Shown piece by piece: positions 37,580 to 50,834 of a stretch of DNA of 64,000 bases. Position numbers and translations under genes: made by a program. Location: assembly GCA_951406725.2 (NCBI GenBank), contig OX597820.1, positions 70,308,001 to 70,372,000 of the forward strand, given 5' to 3'. This DNA comes from Octopus vulgaris. Taxonomy: Eukaryota. The notes under the pieces are model-generated. The model had not been told where the DNA came from. It did no database searches and worked only from the letters and a program-made list of their open reading frames with translations. Each line of letters opens with the position of its first letter. The first letter of the stretch is position 1.

Positions 37580-38995
37580 TCCTAATTTGAGAACTTTACC
37601 CAAGAGTGGAATAGCAGAGACAACAAAAATAGCCGGTCTATATGCCCTACTCCGATTGGGGTAAGTCGGGCTTGTGGGGCAAGATAAGGACAGAGCGAGA
37701 AAGCATGCCGAACACGTATGATATAGACCCGTATATGGGACGACACAATACGAAATTTGATGACGTTGATTCTTGGTTCATCAGTACCTTGTCGAATAGT
37801 AGGGGTCAGAATCAACACTGAGAATTTTCAGCATTATCAAGCAAATCCTAATAATCTTTCAAAACCACAAGGATATTCTGGAGCTTCGCTTGTTGTGGGT
37901 AAGCGACGAAAGTAAAGTAATGAAGCTAGTGAGGAAAGGTTGCAAGCGCAGTGGTTACCCGCATATGTTTAATAGCGATTAGATGGATTTTACCCGGAAT
38001 GGCCTATAAGCAGAAAAATAAAACAGATACAATAGAAACAGCAACAGATAAAACACAAAATGACTACTGTCTAAGCACTTCCAGTCGTACGGAAGGGATT
38101 GCTTTCTCTTCAGTCCCTTAAGTTGTCGGTCTGGAACCCAAAGAATGCTCTTCGTCTTTAGTATTACAACCTCGTCGTCTAGCGGTTATAGGGAACAGAT
38201 AAAGTCTGGGTAGGCGTGGCAAACGGTTACAATAAAACGGAGCGAAAAGATATGGCCAAACAGGAGGTAAGACACAAAACGAACACCCTTCAGCCACGGA
38301 GAAATTCAACTTTACTACTTGTTTTGGTATATATTGTTAATTATATCGCATTCAATTATGTCGTCTTTTGATTAGATACGTTTATTGAAATATTTTGTTT
38401 AATTTTCATTCAAATTAATGTCTCAATACAGTTTATGATGTCTTTCATACGCCACTGGTTACCTTCTGTAACTTTACATCACCATATGTTCATAAAATTT
38501 GAATATTTCAAAAACATGGAAACGCGTTTTTGCATATATGAATTGGCCATGGTAGAAATTAAAAGAAATGGCCATCACTTTTGAAATTGCTGAAAACAGG
38601 AAGTTCCTCTTTCGCCAACCCATTTTAACTTTTTCAATTCTCGCGTGAAAAGGAAAGTGAGGGTAGCGAGGTAAGTGTTGCCTCGCAGCAAATTTGTTGA
38701 AAGGGGGATGAGAGTGGTGAGCATAGTCAAGGCGAACGGGTATGCTCTGAACATACACCCGTAGATGGGTGGTGGAAAGCTAGAAGAGGGCGTTTGCCTT
38801 AATGGTCAGGGTGACCGCCTCTTTTTGGGATTTCCTTGAGTAATCTTTGAATGTCTCCCTCCTTGGGGGGGGGATTATTCCTACTTTGAACATTTTGTTT
38901 CTTCATTCTTTTTAATTTTTACTTTTATACACTTTTACGTATCAGCAGTCTGTGTCGTTCTGTTTTTCATCATCAGTCATTGGTTAATAAAGAAA
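37580..38995 (+). mobile_element. Degenerate L1/Tx1-like LINE fragments
   Basis: 3' fragment NFFNSRVKRKVRVAR*VLPRSKFVERGM matches 33030-33295; T-rich 3' UTR ending AATAAA. The upstream part is only weakly recognisable. Confidence 0.45.
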
Positions 38996-39018
38996 CTATA
39001 CTAATTATTACTATTACT

Positions 39019-39547
39019 GAGTGAGAGAGCAGCACATGCCATCAAAGTGACGTTGGAGTACAAAGCCCAATATATCCATCTTGACTAAACTGTCTGATAA
39101 GGGTACACCAGGCACATACATCACAACCATATGTGCGCGACATGATGATCTCATATCAAGATAAATAGCGTATGAACTTGCAGGATGAGCCCAGTTAGAT
39201 TTTTTTCAGGTCGAGTAGCCCATCCAGCTCAAAAGGTCCCTGAATAAGGGTTGTTTAAGAATGTTGAACAAAACACATATATTCCCAGAGACGAATTATT
39301 CAAACCCCATAGAATGCCTCTCAACACATTGTTATGATGCTCCCCCACTACTTCTGCTCATGATGAGAGATGCACGTATCGTCAGCCACCAACGGCCATA
39401 CTCAACTGGTTAAGGTTAAACAACTGACTATCAAATCTCTGGTATTGAGCAGAATATTTTCTGTAGCCCGTCTTTTACAGCAAAACAATATATGTAATTG
39501 ATAACATTTCCAATCACTTAAGATCAGAAGCCATGAGAGCCAGTGTC

Positions 39548-39548
<1 letters not shown>
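39019..39548 (-). mobile_element. Family D interspersed repeat flanked by (ATT)n
   Basis: Homology to the other family D copies. Confidence 0.9.
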
Positions 39549-39607
<59 letters not shown>

Positions 39608-40148
39608 TACTACTACTACTACTATTACTACTGCTACAAGTAAAGGTGGTGATGGTGGTGGTGGTTTTAATAATTGTAGCAACCGCAGCAAACGAACGTT
39701 TGTTCAGCAAATGTACATGTTAGAATTATAAATATATTAAGAATAGCAAGATATATCTCTTCTCATATGTAAATATTAAACTTTGAAAAATAAGTAATTT
39801 AGGGCTTAACTCATAGTGATATAAATTTTAAGGTTAATTCTCTGCGAAAAATAGTTAACTATATATATATATATATATAAATAAATGAAAGAATGGAGTT
39901 GAACGACGAATATGCAGCCTTCGAAACATATGTCGAAAATAAAATAAAGGAATTTTGTTAATTCGTCGTTCAACTCCATTCTTTCATTTATTTGTAGTAA
40001 AAAAAAAAAAATAAAAAATTTCCACACGATAGTACATGATCTCTGCCCTAGGCATGTAGCTTCAACCGTGTTTTTCTGACGTGAATTTACTACCAGGTAT
40101 CGGTTAACCGAATTATCCATAATAAGATAATTCATTCAACTACACAAT

Positions 40149-40179
<31 letters not shown>

Positions 40180-40353
40180 AATAATTTAAGATTAGCTCGA
40201 ACAAATACACACGCATATGTCTGTGTAGCTAATGTATATGTGTGTGTGTGTATGCTTGTACGTGTGTTCCTGAATATATATAAGAGTATATACGTACATT
40301 AATACATATATATGTATAAGTGCATATATATATATATGTATAAGAGTATATTA

Positions 40354-40427
<74 letters not shown>

Positions 40428-40925
40428 GAGAGGTATTAAGTTTATTCAATGTGTTATGATTAAAAATACTGTGGAGATCATTATGTAATATGCATTTTAT
40501 GATGGAAATGGCTATATCGTTGTTATTATCCGTGTCTTTGATTTGTCAGTCACACGTTGTTGAAACTATTGTATATCACGGAATAGATGTCATAGCTGCA
40601 GCTCCATTATTCACCTATATATCTTTGCGTCATTTTAATATCTAGGACGGGCAGCCTATTATTGAGTTAATCGGACGGATAATCAATCGACATAATTGTT
40701 ACTTTAATGTGAGACAAGTCTATGTGATGGATACTATAAATGGTACACTCTCTAGTGAGCGGACACAGCTTTATGTCGTTGCTTTTATCTTGAAATTTGC
40801 GGCGCAAAACTGATTGTCACAAACTGCGACGAAAGAAATTTTACAAACCAGTTAATGTATTTATGTATGCATTCATTAAGCAGTTATGTATATATTTTGT
40901 ATTTTGTTCGCAGTTGCTTATGCTC

Positions 40926-41139
40926 CATGAAATCGCCAAAAAATACACTGATGAAAAACTAGAGAAATCAAACGAAGGCAAAATCAGGTTAATACAATCT
41001 ACTAACATACATTTATGTATTTGTGCATTCATTCATTAAGCTGTTGTAAATGTATGTTAATAGATTGTCTCAACCTGATTTTGCCTTCGTTTGATTTCTG
41101 TAGTTTTCCATCGGTGTATTTTTTGGCGATTTTTTCATG
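40926..41139. repeat. Fold-back inverted repeat (about 90-bp arms, 31-nt loop)
   Basis: 40926-41015 is complementary to 41047-41139 with few mismatches. Confidence 0.9.
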
Positions 41140-41322
41140 AGAGTTTTAACTGTTATTTCAAGCAATTAGACACACTTAGTATGTCCTTTGGTTAATTTTA
41201 ATCCCTCGGCTATTTAATGCTATTTTTCGCCTGCTATCACCTGTGTCATTGATTCTGTTATTATCATTTTTTTAAATAGTTACATAGGAAAATAAAAGAA
41301 TTAATGACACCTTCGCAAATTA

Positions 41323-41385
<63 letters not shown>

Positions 41386-41499
41386 TGTATGTATGTATGT
41401 ATGTATGTATGTATGTATGTATGTATGTGTAAAATTTTGGCCCAGTACTTTTCTCAGAATGAGTGCATGTTCTTCATAAAATTTATTTGAAGAAATAGG

Positions 41500-41532
<33 letters not shown>

Positions 41533-41625
41533 TAATATCATATATGAATATCTGTTGATGCATTGAGAACATATAACGTACATGGTATATGGATTTGCAT
41601 TTATTAGTCTAATTACTTATAAACT

Positions 41626-41633
41626 TATAAAAG
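41626..41633 (+). promoter_or_regulatory. Candidate TATA box of the plus-strand receptor-like gene
   Basis: TATAAAAG about 45 nt upstream of a strong donor AG|GTAAGC (41675). Confidence 0.45.
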
Positions 41634-42704
41634 AGAGCAATTTTACTTATCTTGTTTAACTCGTATTTTCTTAGGTAAGCATAAGTTTATGAATATGTGT
41701 GTGTGTGTGTGTATGAGTAATCGCTAGTTAGAGAATATATATATATATATATTGGATTTTTTTCTCTGCTATTGTCTTTCAGAAGCTAAAAGACATCTAT
41801 TGTACAGTTGGACTAAACATTAAATGTTTATTCAGTCTTTAACTTGTCTTTGAATTCTCTATCTTAAGTAACCGGACACAGCTTCTTTGAACTTGCTACT
41901 CCCTGGAATGTGAGTGCGTATGCGGGTGCGTGCATCTATATTTATACACGTATTTATATCTATATTTATATATATGCAAATATGTATGTATGATTAATAT
42001 AGCTGCCTTATTAGAGTTAATTAATTTTTTATTTCAACAGTAAACTCAAATATTCTTTCATTCTATTCATTTTTCTTACGCACCCTTTTTTTAAAAAAAA
42101 AAACATTTGATTTCAGATGGTCTCAAAACGGGTTTTATTTCTATTATGAATCTTCATTATATTATCAATGATGAATTTCACGGCAATCGGAGCTCTAAGT
42201 AAAATGTTGACATTTCATCACTTTAATAATATGAAACAAATTCTTACTCATGCTGCTTAGTAGAAAAATATATATATATTCAATTTGCTATCACTATTAA
42301 TATTACATACAATGGAAAAATATTCTAATCTATGTATTTCTTTACCGAATATAATGGCAATTAAAATACACAATAAAAGTAATTTTAGTTTCATACTGGT
42401 GTGGAAGTACGTTTGTATAAGCGTGTGTGCGTATGTCCGTGTATATAAATGCAATACCATTTCTGTTGTTGGATTGCCGAGGCAAGAGACAAGCAGCACA
42501 GATAAGTTCAACACAACAATGAAGCTGAAGGAATATGAAGAAATACTGAATGAAAATGTTGAAAATTGAAAGTTAGTAAAAATATAACTGTAAATATAAC
42601 AAGCGAAGATAACTCACAGATTGTTGATATATCGTTCACAAATATTAGCACCAACAGTACAAATTATTCAGTGCAAATCACACAGAAGTTAAAATCAATC
42701 AGAT

Positions 42705-42756
42705 CAATAATAATAATGATGATAATAATAATGATGATAATAATAATAATAATAAC

Positions 42757-42830
<74 letters not shown>

Positions 42831-43066
42831 TAACAATAATAATCTTTTCTACTCTAGGCACAACGCCCGAATTTTTTTTGGGGGGTTGGGTAACAGTCGT
42901 TTAGATCGACCTCAGTGTTTCACTGGTACTTAATTTATCGACCCCGAAAGGATGAAAGGCAAAGTCGACCTCGGCGGCATTTGAACTCAGAACGTAAAGA
43001 CGGACGAGACGCCGCAAAGCATTTTGCCCGGCGTGCAAACGATCCTACCAACTCGCCGGCTTGTTG

Positions 43067-43121
<55 letters not shown>

Positions 43122-43640
43122 TAATAATAATTGTTCCGAATTTTGGCACAAGACCAACAATTTTACTGGAGAGTGACTTAAATCGATTATAATGACTCCA
43201 GTATTTGACTGGTACTAAAACTATAGACCCCACCCCACCAAAAAGATGAAAGACGTAGTCGACCTCAGCGGATATTGAGCCCAGAACGCAGTAGGTCGGA
43301 AGAAATACCGTTATACCAATAATTTTTTGCTTTGTTTCTGGAGGAGGCACAAGGCCTGAAATTTGCAGGGTCGAATTAATCAATAGCATCGATTCAAGTA
43401 TTTTTTTAAGTACTTGACTTTTATCGCACTCATAGGAATAAAAAACAAAACAGATATCCGCGGTATTTGATTTGAAGATGTAAAGAGATAGTCTGAATGA
43501 ATACTGTACGGAATTTCTTACCAATCTACAAACGATTCTGCCTACCCGCCGATCTAATATCATTATTGTTATTATTATTAATAAAAATGGTAATAAAAAT
43601 AATGTTAATAATAATAATGGTAATGATACTAATAATAATA

Positions 43641-43694
<54 letters not shown>

Positions 43695-43907
43695 GGTTCA
43701 AATTTTGCCACGAGGGCAACAATTTGGGGGGAGGATACTAGTCGATTACATAGACCCCGGTGTTCGACTGGTACTTATTTTATCGATCCCCGAAAGGATG
43801 AAAGGCAAAGTCGACCACGGCGAAAATTTTAACACCGAACGTAAAAACGAACGAAATGCCGCTAAGCATCTCGCCCGGCACGCTAACGATTCTTCCGGCT
43901 CGCCGCC

Positions 43908-43939
<32 letters not shown>

Positions 43940-43960
43940 TATTATTATTATTATAATAAA
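42705..43960. repeat. (AAT)n tracts with interspersed SINE family B copies (minus strand)
   Basis: Directly visible repeats; SINE B at about 42843-43060, 43135-43550 and 43695-43910. Confidence 0.9.
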
Positions 43961-44435
43961 CTTGTTATTATCAAACTATAATGAGCATTATCAATAGCAA
44001 CAATTTGTGGAAATTATCCATGACGTGTATGTCCGAATGGGATATTTTTGTGATGAGGAATGTTTCATTCATGAAGCCTCGTTCTGTTGAAAGGTTTCGA
44101 TTTTCTGGTTTTTTTTTTCTTTTTAAGACGAGAAACAAAATGAAGAACAAAAGACTGAGTAGCAGTTGGAGGAAGAGGATTATTAGCATATTCTGTAACC
44201 TTTCATGCATTTCGCAAAGGATATCAGTGATGTAAATTAAGTGAAATTGTTTTCTTCATCAGGAATCGAAAAACGATTTTGCTGGGTAGTCATCTCATTA
44301 TAACAGCGTCCCGCAGTATCAGAAAATTTGGCAGATTATATATATTTACACAAATCCGGTAGCTTTTCATGTCCATTCCATCCTATAAAGAAAAATTGAA
44401 ATATTACATACATACACACACACACGTATATATAC

Positions 44436-44480
<45 letters not shown>

Positions 44481-44487
44481 CATCATT

Positions 44488-45041
44488 GAGTGAGATAAAA
44501 GTGCGCGCCATCAAAATGACACTGGGATAAAATATACGAAGCCCAATATACCCATCATGACTACTCGTCTGATAAGGGTACACTAGGCACATGCATCACA
44601 ACCATATTTGCACGACATGATGATCTCATATCAAGATAAACAGCACATGACCTTGCAAGTGGGGCCCAGTTAGAATTTTCTTCTGGTCGAGTAGCCCATC
44701 CCACTCAAAAGGTCCCTGAATAATGATTGTTTAACGATGTTGAACGAACCACCCATGTTTCCAGAGGTGAATTATCCAAACCTCTAAGAACTCCTTTCAG
44801 CACACGGCTATGATGCTTCCCCACTAGTTTTGCTCGTGGTCAGAGATGCACATATCGTCAGGCATTAAGGGACATTCTCAACTGGTTACGGTCAAACAAC
44901 TGATAAGCATATCTTTGGTATTGAGCAGAATATTTGCCGTAGCCCATCTTTTATACCAAGACAAAACAATGTACATGATAACACTTCCAATCAGTTAAGA
45001 TAAGAAGCCATGTGTGCCACTGTCTGGTACTGCATCAGGGC

Positions 45042-45043
<2 letters not shown>
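44488..45043 (-). mobile_element. Family D interspersed repeat between two (ATT)n tracts
   Basis: Homology to the other family D copies. Confidence 0.9.
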
Positions 45044-45082
<39 letters not shown>

Positions 45083-45083
45083 T

Positions 45084-45459
45084 ATAACAGTTTACATTCG
45101 GCTCCATGTAACTTAAAGTTACGTTGGTTCCTAAGACGAACCTCGCTCGTCAGGTTGAGGCAACCTAATAAAGTTCAAATCGGTTACAGATATTCGACTG
45201 CTCCTGGTCAGATGATATTGTATCATGTTGGTACTGATATTGAAGCGATATCAAATAGAAATCTCAGTCAGTGTTTCTCGGACCGTTTACTTGGTCAGAG
45301 TGTTGGGGTCGTCACGCAGTCCTAGAATCACAGATTGAGATTTCTGCTTGATATCGCTACTGCATCAATATCAATATCAATAACATCCTGTGACCTACCC
45401 CAACCAAGACGTGCTAGGTTCCTATAAGGGCTTTCCATGAAGCCGAATCAAAATGTTAT
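45084..45459. mobile_element. Fold-back/MITE-like element with nested inverted repeats
   Basis: Ends ATAACAGTTTACATTCGGCTCCATG / CATGAAGCCGAATCAAAATGTTAT; inner arms GCGATATCAAATAGAAATCTCAGTCAGTG / CACAGATTGAGATTTCTGCTTGATATCGC. Confidence 0.7.
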
Positions 45460-45879
45460 TAAATAATACATATAACCCCAAACAAATTGTGCTGAGTTCC
45501 ATTTTCTTTCGCTTTCCATTACTCTTTCCCCTAACCCTAACCCTAACCCACTCTTCTTCTCTTTCTCACACACACATGAACAAAATTAACGGCATGAATA
45601 TTACCAAAAAATATTAGTTCGACGCTCAATGCTATATTAAGAAAATAGAAGAGACTTTGACGTTTCGAGTTTCAGTTATTCTTCAGCGCATCAGATAGAC
45701 AGAAGGACGAAAGGCTGTGCTAGAAGGAAAGAAGACATGAATAACAGAGACATTTGTGTCACTCAGTGTCAAGTTAGAGTGAAAAAGACCACTGGAAGGG
45801 GATTAGAAAGTATGAAGATACTTAATACAGTAAAGAGTAGAGAATAATATTTTAGCTGTAATAGAAAATATTCTTTTTT

Positions 45880-46630
45880 TTTCTACTCTAGGCACAAGTC
45901 CCGAAATTTTGAGGGAGGGGGCCAGTCGATTAGATCGACTCCAGTACGCAACTGGTACTTAATTTATCGACCACGAAAGGATGAAAGGCAAAGTCGACCT
46001 CGGCGGAATTTGAACTCAGAACGTAAAGACAGATGAAATACCTATTTCTTTATTACCCACAAGGGGCTAAACATAGAGGGGACAAACAAGGACAGACATA
46101 GGTATTAAGTGCGTAACTGGTACTTAATTTATCGACTCTGAAAGGATGAAAGGCAATGTCGACCTCGGCGGAATTTGAACTCACAACGTAACGGCAGACG
46201 AAATACTGCTAAGCATTTCGCCCGGCGTGCTAACGTTTCTGCCAACTCGCCACCTTAGTAATAGAAAATATTCTTTTCTACTTTAGGCACAAGGCCTGAA
46301 GTTTTTTGTGAGGGAGGGGGCCAGTCAATTAGATAGACCCCAGTACGCAACTGGTTCTTAATTTCTCGACCCCGAATATATGAAAGGCAAAGTCGACTTC
46401 GTCGGAATTTGAAGTCAGAATGTAAAGACCGATGAAATACCGCTAAGCATTTCGCCCGGCGAGCAAACGTTTCTTTTTTTTTTACTCTAGACACAAGGCT
46501 CGAAATCTTTGGAGAGGGGACCAGTCAATAAGATGAAAGGCAAATTCGACCTCGGCGGAATTTGAACTCAGACGAAATACTACTAAGCATTTCGCCTGGC
46601 GTGCTAACGTTTCTGCCAGCTTGCTGTCTT
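45880..46630 (-). mobile_element. Cluster of four SINE family B copies
   Basis: Repeated family B core. Confidence 0.9.
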
Positions 46631-47949
46631 CAGCGGATAATATATCACGTCACCAAGTGAGAATTATCAGGCTTTAATATTTAAGATATCTTTTAGATAT
46701 GTCGTGTAACCGTTTTACACCCAGACATCTGAGTTTGGTTTACGGATGGTTAAACGTCAGAGGATATCAAACATACAGCAAGTTCTATACCATGTAGTTT
46801 ACATACTACTGTATTATAGTCCAAACAGTATTAACTTAAAATAGGTTATCACAAGGCAGGTGTTATTGATAGAAAATATGCCGCGTATATGTTTAACGAC
46901 ACTCCGTTTAAACTTGGATAATTCAATAAAGCGATACTAAATAAGAATAAAACCCTTTGTATAAAGCAAATGAAAACTGAATAGAATGTACATTACAAAA
47001 TAGGAATAACTCTGAAAATGCAGCGTAATGTATGAAAAAACTTTTCTGAGAGTCATAACTTCTTGTGAAAGGCATTAAAACTTGCAGTTAATAAAACTGA
47101 ATTGTTAGGATATTTTTTCGTCGAGAAATTTTTCATGTTTAGAATTGCTTTATGATTTCTGTAAGTTTATACTTAGAGGTAACTCTATTTGACATTTATG
47201 CCTTTTATAAAATATCTTTTACTGTGAAACGTGATAAATGGGGATTGCATAAAAGCTCGTCTCTACAGCCGTTTACGTTCATAGGTAATACAATTAATAC
47301 CTGTTCCGATTTAATATCACCACCAAACCTTTGGGTGGCTCTTTCTGTTCTTTCCATCAGTCATGTAAGTCCCGAAAAATGCCATGGGCCCGACTCTTCC
47401 TCTGGTTAAGCTATTTCGGAGACGATATCAGTGTCTAATACAATAAATTACATGCTCAGTTCTGTTATGAAAGTTCGAGAAACCGTTACAATAATCACAT
47501 AGTACGGTCGTAGTACAGCTGTACCATGCGAATTGGTTGACAGAAAAGTTACATCTTTTCTGTCTATTTATGAAAATCTCGAACTAGAAACTAACGGTGA
47601 GTATCACGATTATTCTTCCTAGATGTCAGCAATATCGACAATTTTGTTTACAACAAATTTTCGGTGATGTGAAATATATTTACAGAAAATACTTCACAGT
47701 TCGAAATTTTGTAAAAAAAATAATAATGTTTATAAAAATATTAATGGTGCCATAGAAAATAGAAACAGCGGTATTAATGCTTCTAACATATACAATATAG
47801 ATTGTAGCTCTGATGTCTATACTAGCACAGGGATTACTGATACGCCTGATGACTCTGGGATCAATGTGAATGATACTACAATTGAAGGATGGAGAGATAA
47901 TACCAGATATGATAATAACACACGCAATAGTAGTAGTAGGATTAATATT

Positions 47950-48390
47950 AAAAGAAATATTAATAATAATTGTATGAATATCAATAATATTAATAGTAGC
48001 AATTCTCCTTGTTGCAATTGTAGAGTTAAATTCCACTATCCGTTATTAGGCCGATGTCTAATTCAAAACATAACCTATAAGCGTACAATCACAACTGTAG
48101 CTGGTAACGTTGTATATATAGGATGTTCAATAAATATGAAAAAAAAAAAACTATTTACAACCATTTCTCATCTTTTAGGCTCAAACATAAGGCCAATTGT
48201 ATGTCCTTATCTAGCAAGATTTGGGAACTGAAGGAAAGTGGAATCGAATTTAGCCTTAAATGGGATATTATAAGGAAAGGGCAGCCTTATAGAGATAGTC
48301 GATACGGTGCGAGCTGTGCTCTATGGAAACTTATGAAATTTTCAAAGTATAGGGATAAGAGCAGCATTATTAATAATATATTAGACCTCT
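47950..48390 (+). mobile_element. Penelope-like element GIY-YIG endonuclease remnant
   Basis: CNCRVKFHYPLLGRCLIQNITYK..VVYIGCS..[frameshift]..LSSKIWELKESGIEFSLKWDII, typical of PLE endonucleases. Confidence 0.8.
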
Positions 48391-49054
48391 TAGGTCTAAT
48401 ATATTATTAACTATGCTGCTCTTGTCCCTATACATGTCTACATGGGTTCACCCGTACATTTAAATATTTTCGAAATTAGCGTTTAAAGGTGCTGCACTTG
48501 AACCTGGATAAGGGAAATTACTTTTTAGTATCATATCTGATATGAACTTACCCCCTAGTATTATATATAATGTTATATATATTTTCTTACTATTCTCTAT
48601 AATTTCTTATTATTTTGTTTTCTTGTTATGACACCTTTACCTATTAACCTCTTATAAGTTATTAATGTTCTTAAAGAGAGATATAAACCTCCTAGTTACT
48701 TAAGTCTATGAGAGTTGATTATAACATACCCATAATACAATACAAATATTTGTGTATATTTGCATGTGTGCACATAGTTAAATATGTGTATGTATCTGTG
48801 CACAACTTATTTTTTCCGATTCTTTTTTGATTCTTAGCTTATAATTAATATATGTGATTCACTTACATGGAATATTTTGAAGACAACCATAAACCAATTT
48901 TAAGCAAATGTTTCAAGCTAAAGTTGAAGCCACAGCAACACCATTGGTCGTTCTTTACTAGAGATGAGAACTGCATTTCTATCTCTATAAAGTTTGTTTC
49001 TGTCGCTCTTTTCCAAAAACTGCGTTCCCAAGACTTTCTTCATAGTTTTAATGA

Positions 49055-49222
49055 TTACCAATGTGAAAAGGCTTCATCAGAACTCATATCTGTAGCTCCA
49101 GGTGAGAATAGTTGATACCAGCCAACTGTATGCCTGCTCAAATCCAAATTTTCTAATTTTACCACGATTTCTCCAAGGCATACTTTCTTATCGAAAGTTT
49201 TCTGTTTTTCCCAAACGTTAAT
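49055..49222 (-). CDS. C2 gene last coding exon (INVWEKQK...HTVGWYQLF...SHW*)
   Basis: tttttcttgcag acceptor, 56 codons including TAA. Confidence 0.92.
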   Translation of the reverse strand: MNVWEKQKTFDKKVCLGEIVVKLENLDLSRHTVGWYQLFSPGATDMSSDEAFSHW

Positions 49223-50771
49223 CTGCAAGAAAAATATATTGAATTATTATTTTTATTTACTAGCGTAGTACCGTCGATTGTTACAAAAGAAAAGTTATGG
49301 TCAGTTACATGAATTATACCCTGGACTTTGCAAGGCACAAAGCTTTCAATCAAATACTCCAAGAAATAAGTGCTATTTTAGAAAATAAGATCATAAACTT
49401 CAATGAATATTTACTTGAGACAATTTCATTTACTGATATTGCCTTCAAGCTTTACTATAAAATTCTGTATTAAATTATTTCAAATATAATGGATATTGTT
49501 TTAATAAATTTAAGTGAATGTAAATGTGGAAGATGGTGAAGTATACAATTAACTGATACTGGATAATTATTTTGCTATAATTCGAGAACATTACGCACTG
49601 GTTCTATTTCATTACTTTTATCAGTCAATTGGTTAATTGATTAATTAATTACTCGAGTGTTTGATTAACTGATCGGTCAGCCATTCAACCAGCTAGATTT
49701 TCTTGTCTTTTCGTCACCATTCGCGACCTTATCAATTACACACCCACAAGCGTAGTAACAAAAGGATTTTGATCTAGTTGATTGACTGACTGATTGATAA
49801 TTCGAACGATTAATTAAACGATCGATTAGTTAATTGGCTAAGTGAGTAAGCAATCGACTTGAGTAAGCAATCGACTTTTAATAATAAAAGAAGTAAAATA
49901 GAGCCAGTGCATATGTTTATCATTGGCGCAATGACTCTCCGAGATACAACACAATTTGTTAAAATATATGAGTTCACATAAGAACCTTACAAACCAAATA
50001 CGAAAAATAAATAATTATCTATTCATAAAAAAAACACAAAGAGTGTCAAACGTATTCAGGTCGATTAAATTAATTCGTAATGGATAGAAATTGAGTGAAT
50101 TCATATATTTAGAATGCTGGTATAAACGAAATATTTTCCATTAAGCTTTCACCTTTAAGTGTCTTCCAAGAGCATTACAGGCAGAATATTTTATCTTCTC
50201 TCTATAGCTTGGATTCACACCTTCTTTGTTCACACTCGTCTTCTTCTTCTGCATTGTTTTATTTCCTTGCATCAGATACGTTTTCACATAGGTTTCTTTC
50301 AAATAGAAAAAAAGGATCGTAAAAGTTCTTATCAGAAATAGCTTTTGGTACAAAAGCAAGATTTGAATAGATGGATAATTATATAGACAAAGGTGTGTTT
50401 AACTATCAGCCATCCTAGCTCTAAGCAGTAAGATTAATTAGTAATTAAACTTACACGGGATTGATGTCCATTAATGCTTATTCAACTCAAAATGTACGCA
50501 GAAATATATAACACACACGCACAGACGCTCTCTGACTCTTTCTCCACACACACACACACACTGACACTCACTCATGTCGTATTTGGTTACAAACAAAATA
50601 AATCATATTCCAACATTGTAGCAGAGTTTACACGTTCGTTTGGATACAGGTGATGACATTCTGTCATTGTGAATTAGTAACTTTGGCGTTTTACAATGCG
50701 ATACAAGAGATACATAAGATATATTTATATGTATACATAAACAAATCTATATTGCCGAAGGCAATATACAG

Positions 50772-50834
<63 letters not shown>

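Noticed and set aside
42147-42149. In-frame TGA as selenocysteine or readthrough
   Set aside because: It falls within a signal-peptide-like segment, downstream exons carry further stops and frameshifts, and no SECIS was recognised; pseudogenisation is simpler.
42566-43832. Poly-Ile/Leu/Asn ORFs resembling membrane proteins (also 7105-7408, 34012-34263, 39402-39731)
   Set aside because: The homopolymer runs are (AAT)n repeats. Only the non-repetitive start of the 42566 ORF was kept, as part of the pseudogene.
44263-44303. Possible neuropeptide/toxin precursor exon (RIEKR-FCWVVISL*) after the signal peptide
   Set aside because: The acceptor is plausible but the frame is ambiguous, no known peptide motif is present, and the surrounding exons fit a receptor ectodomain better.
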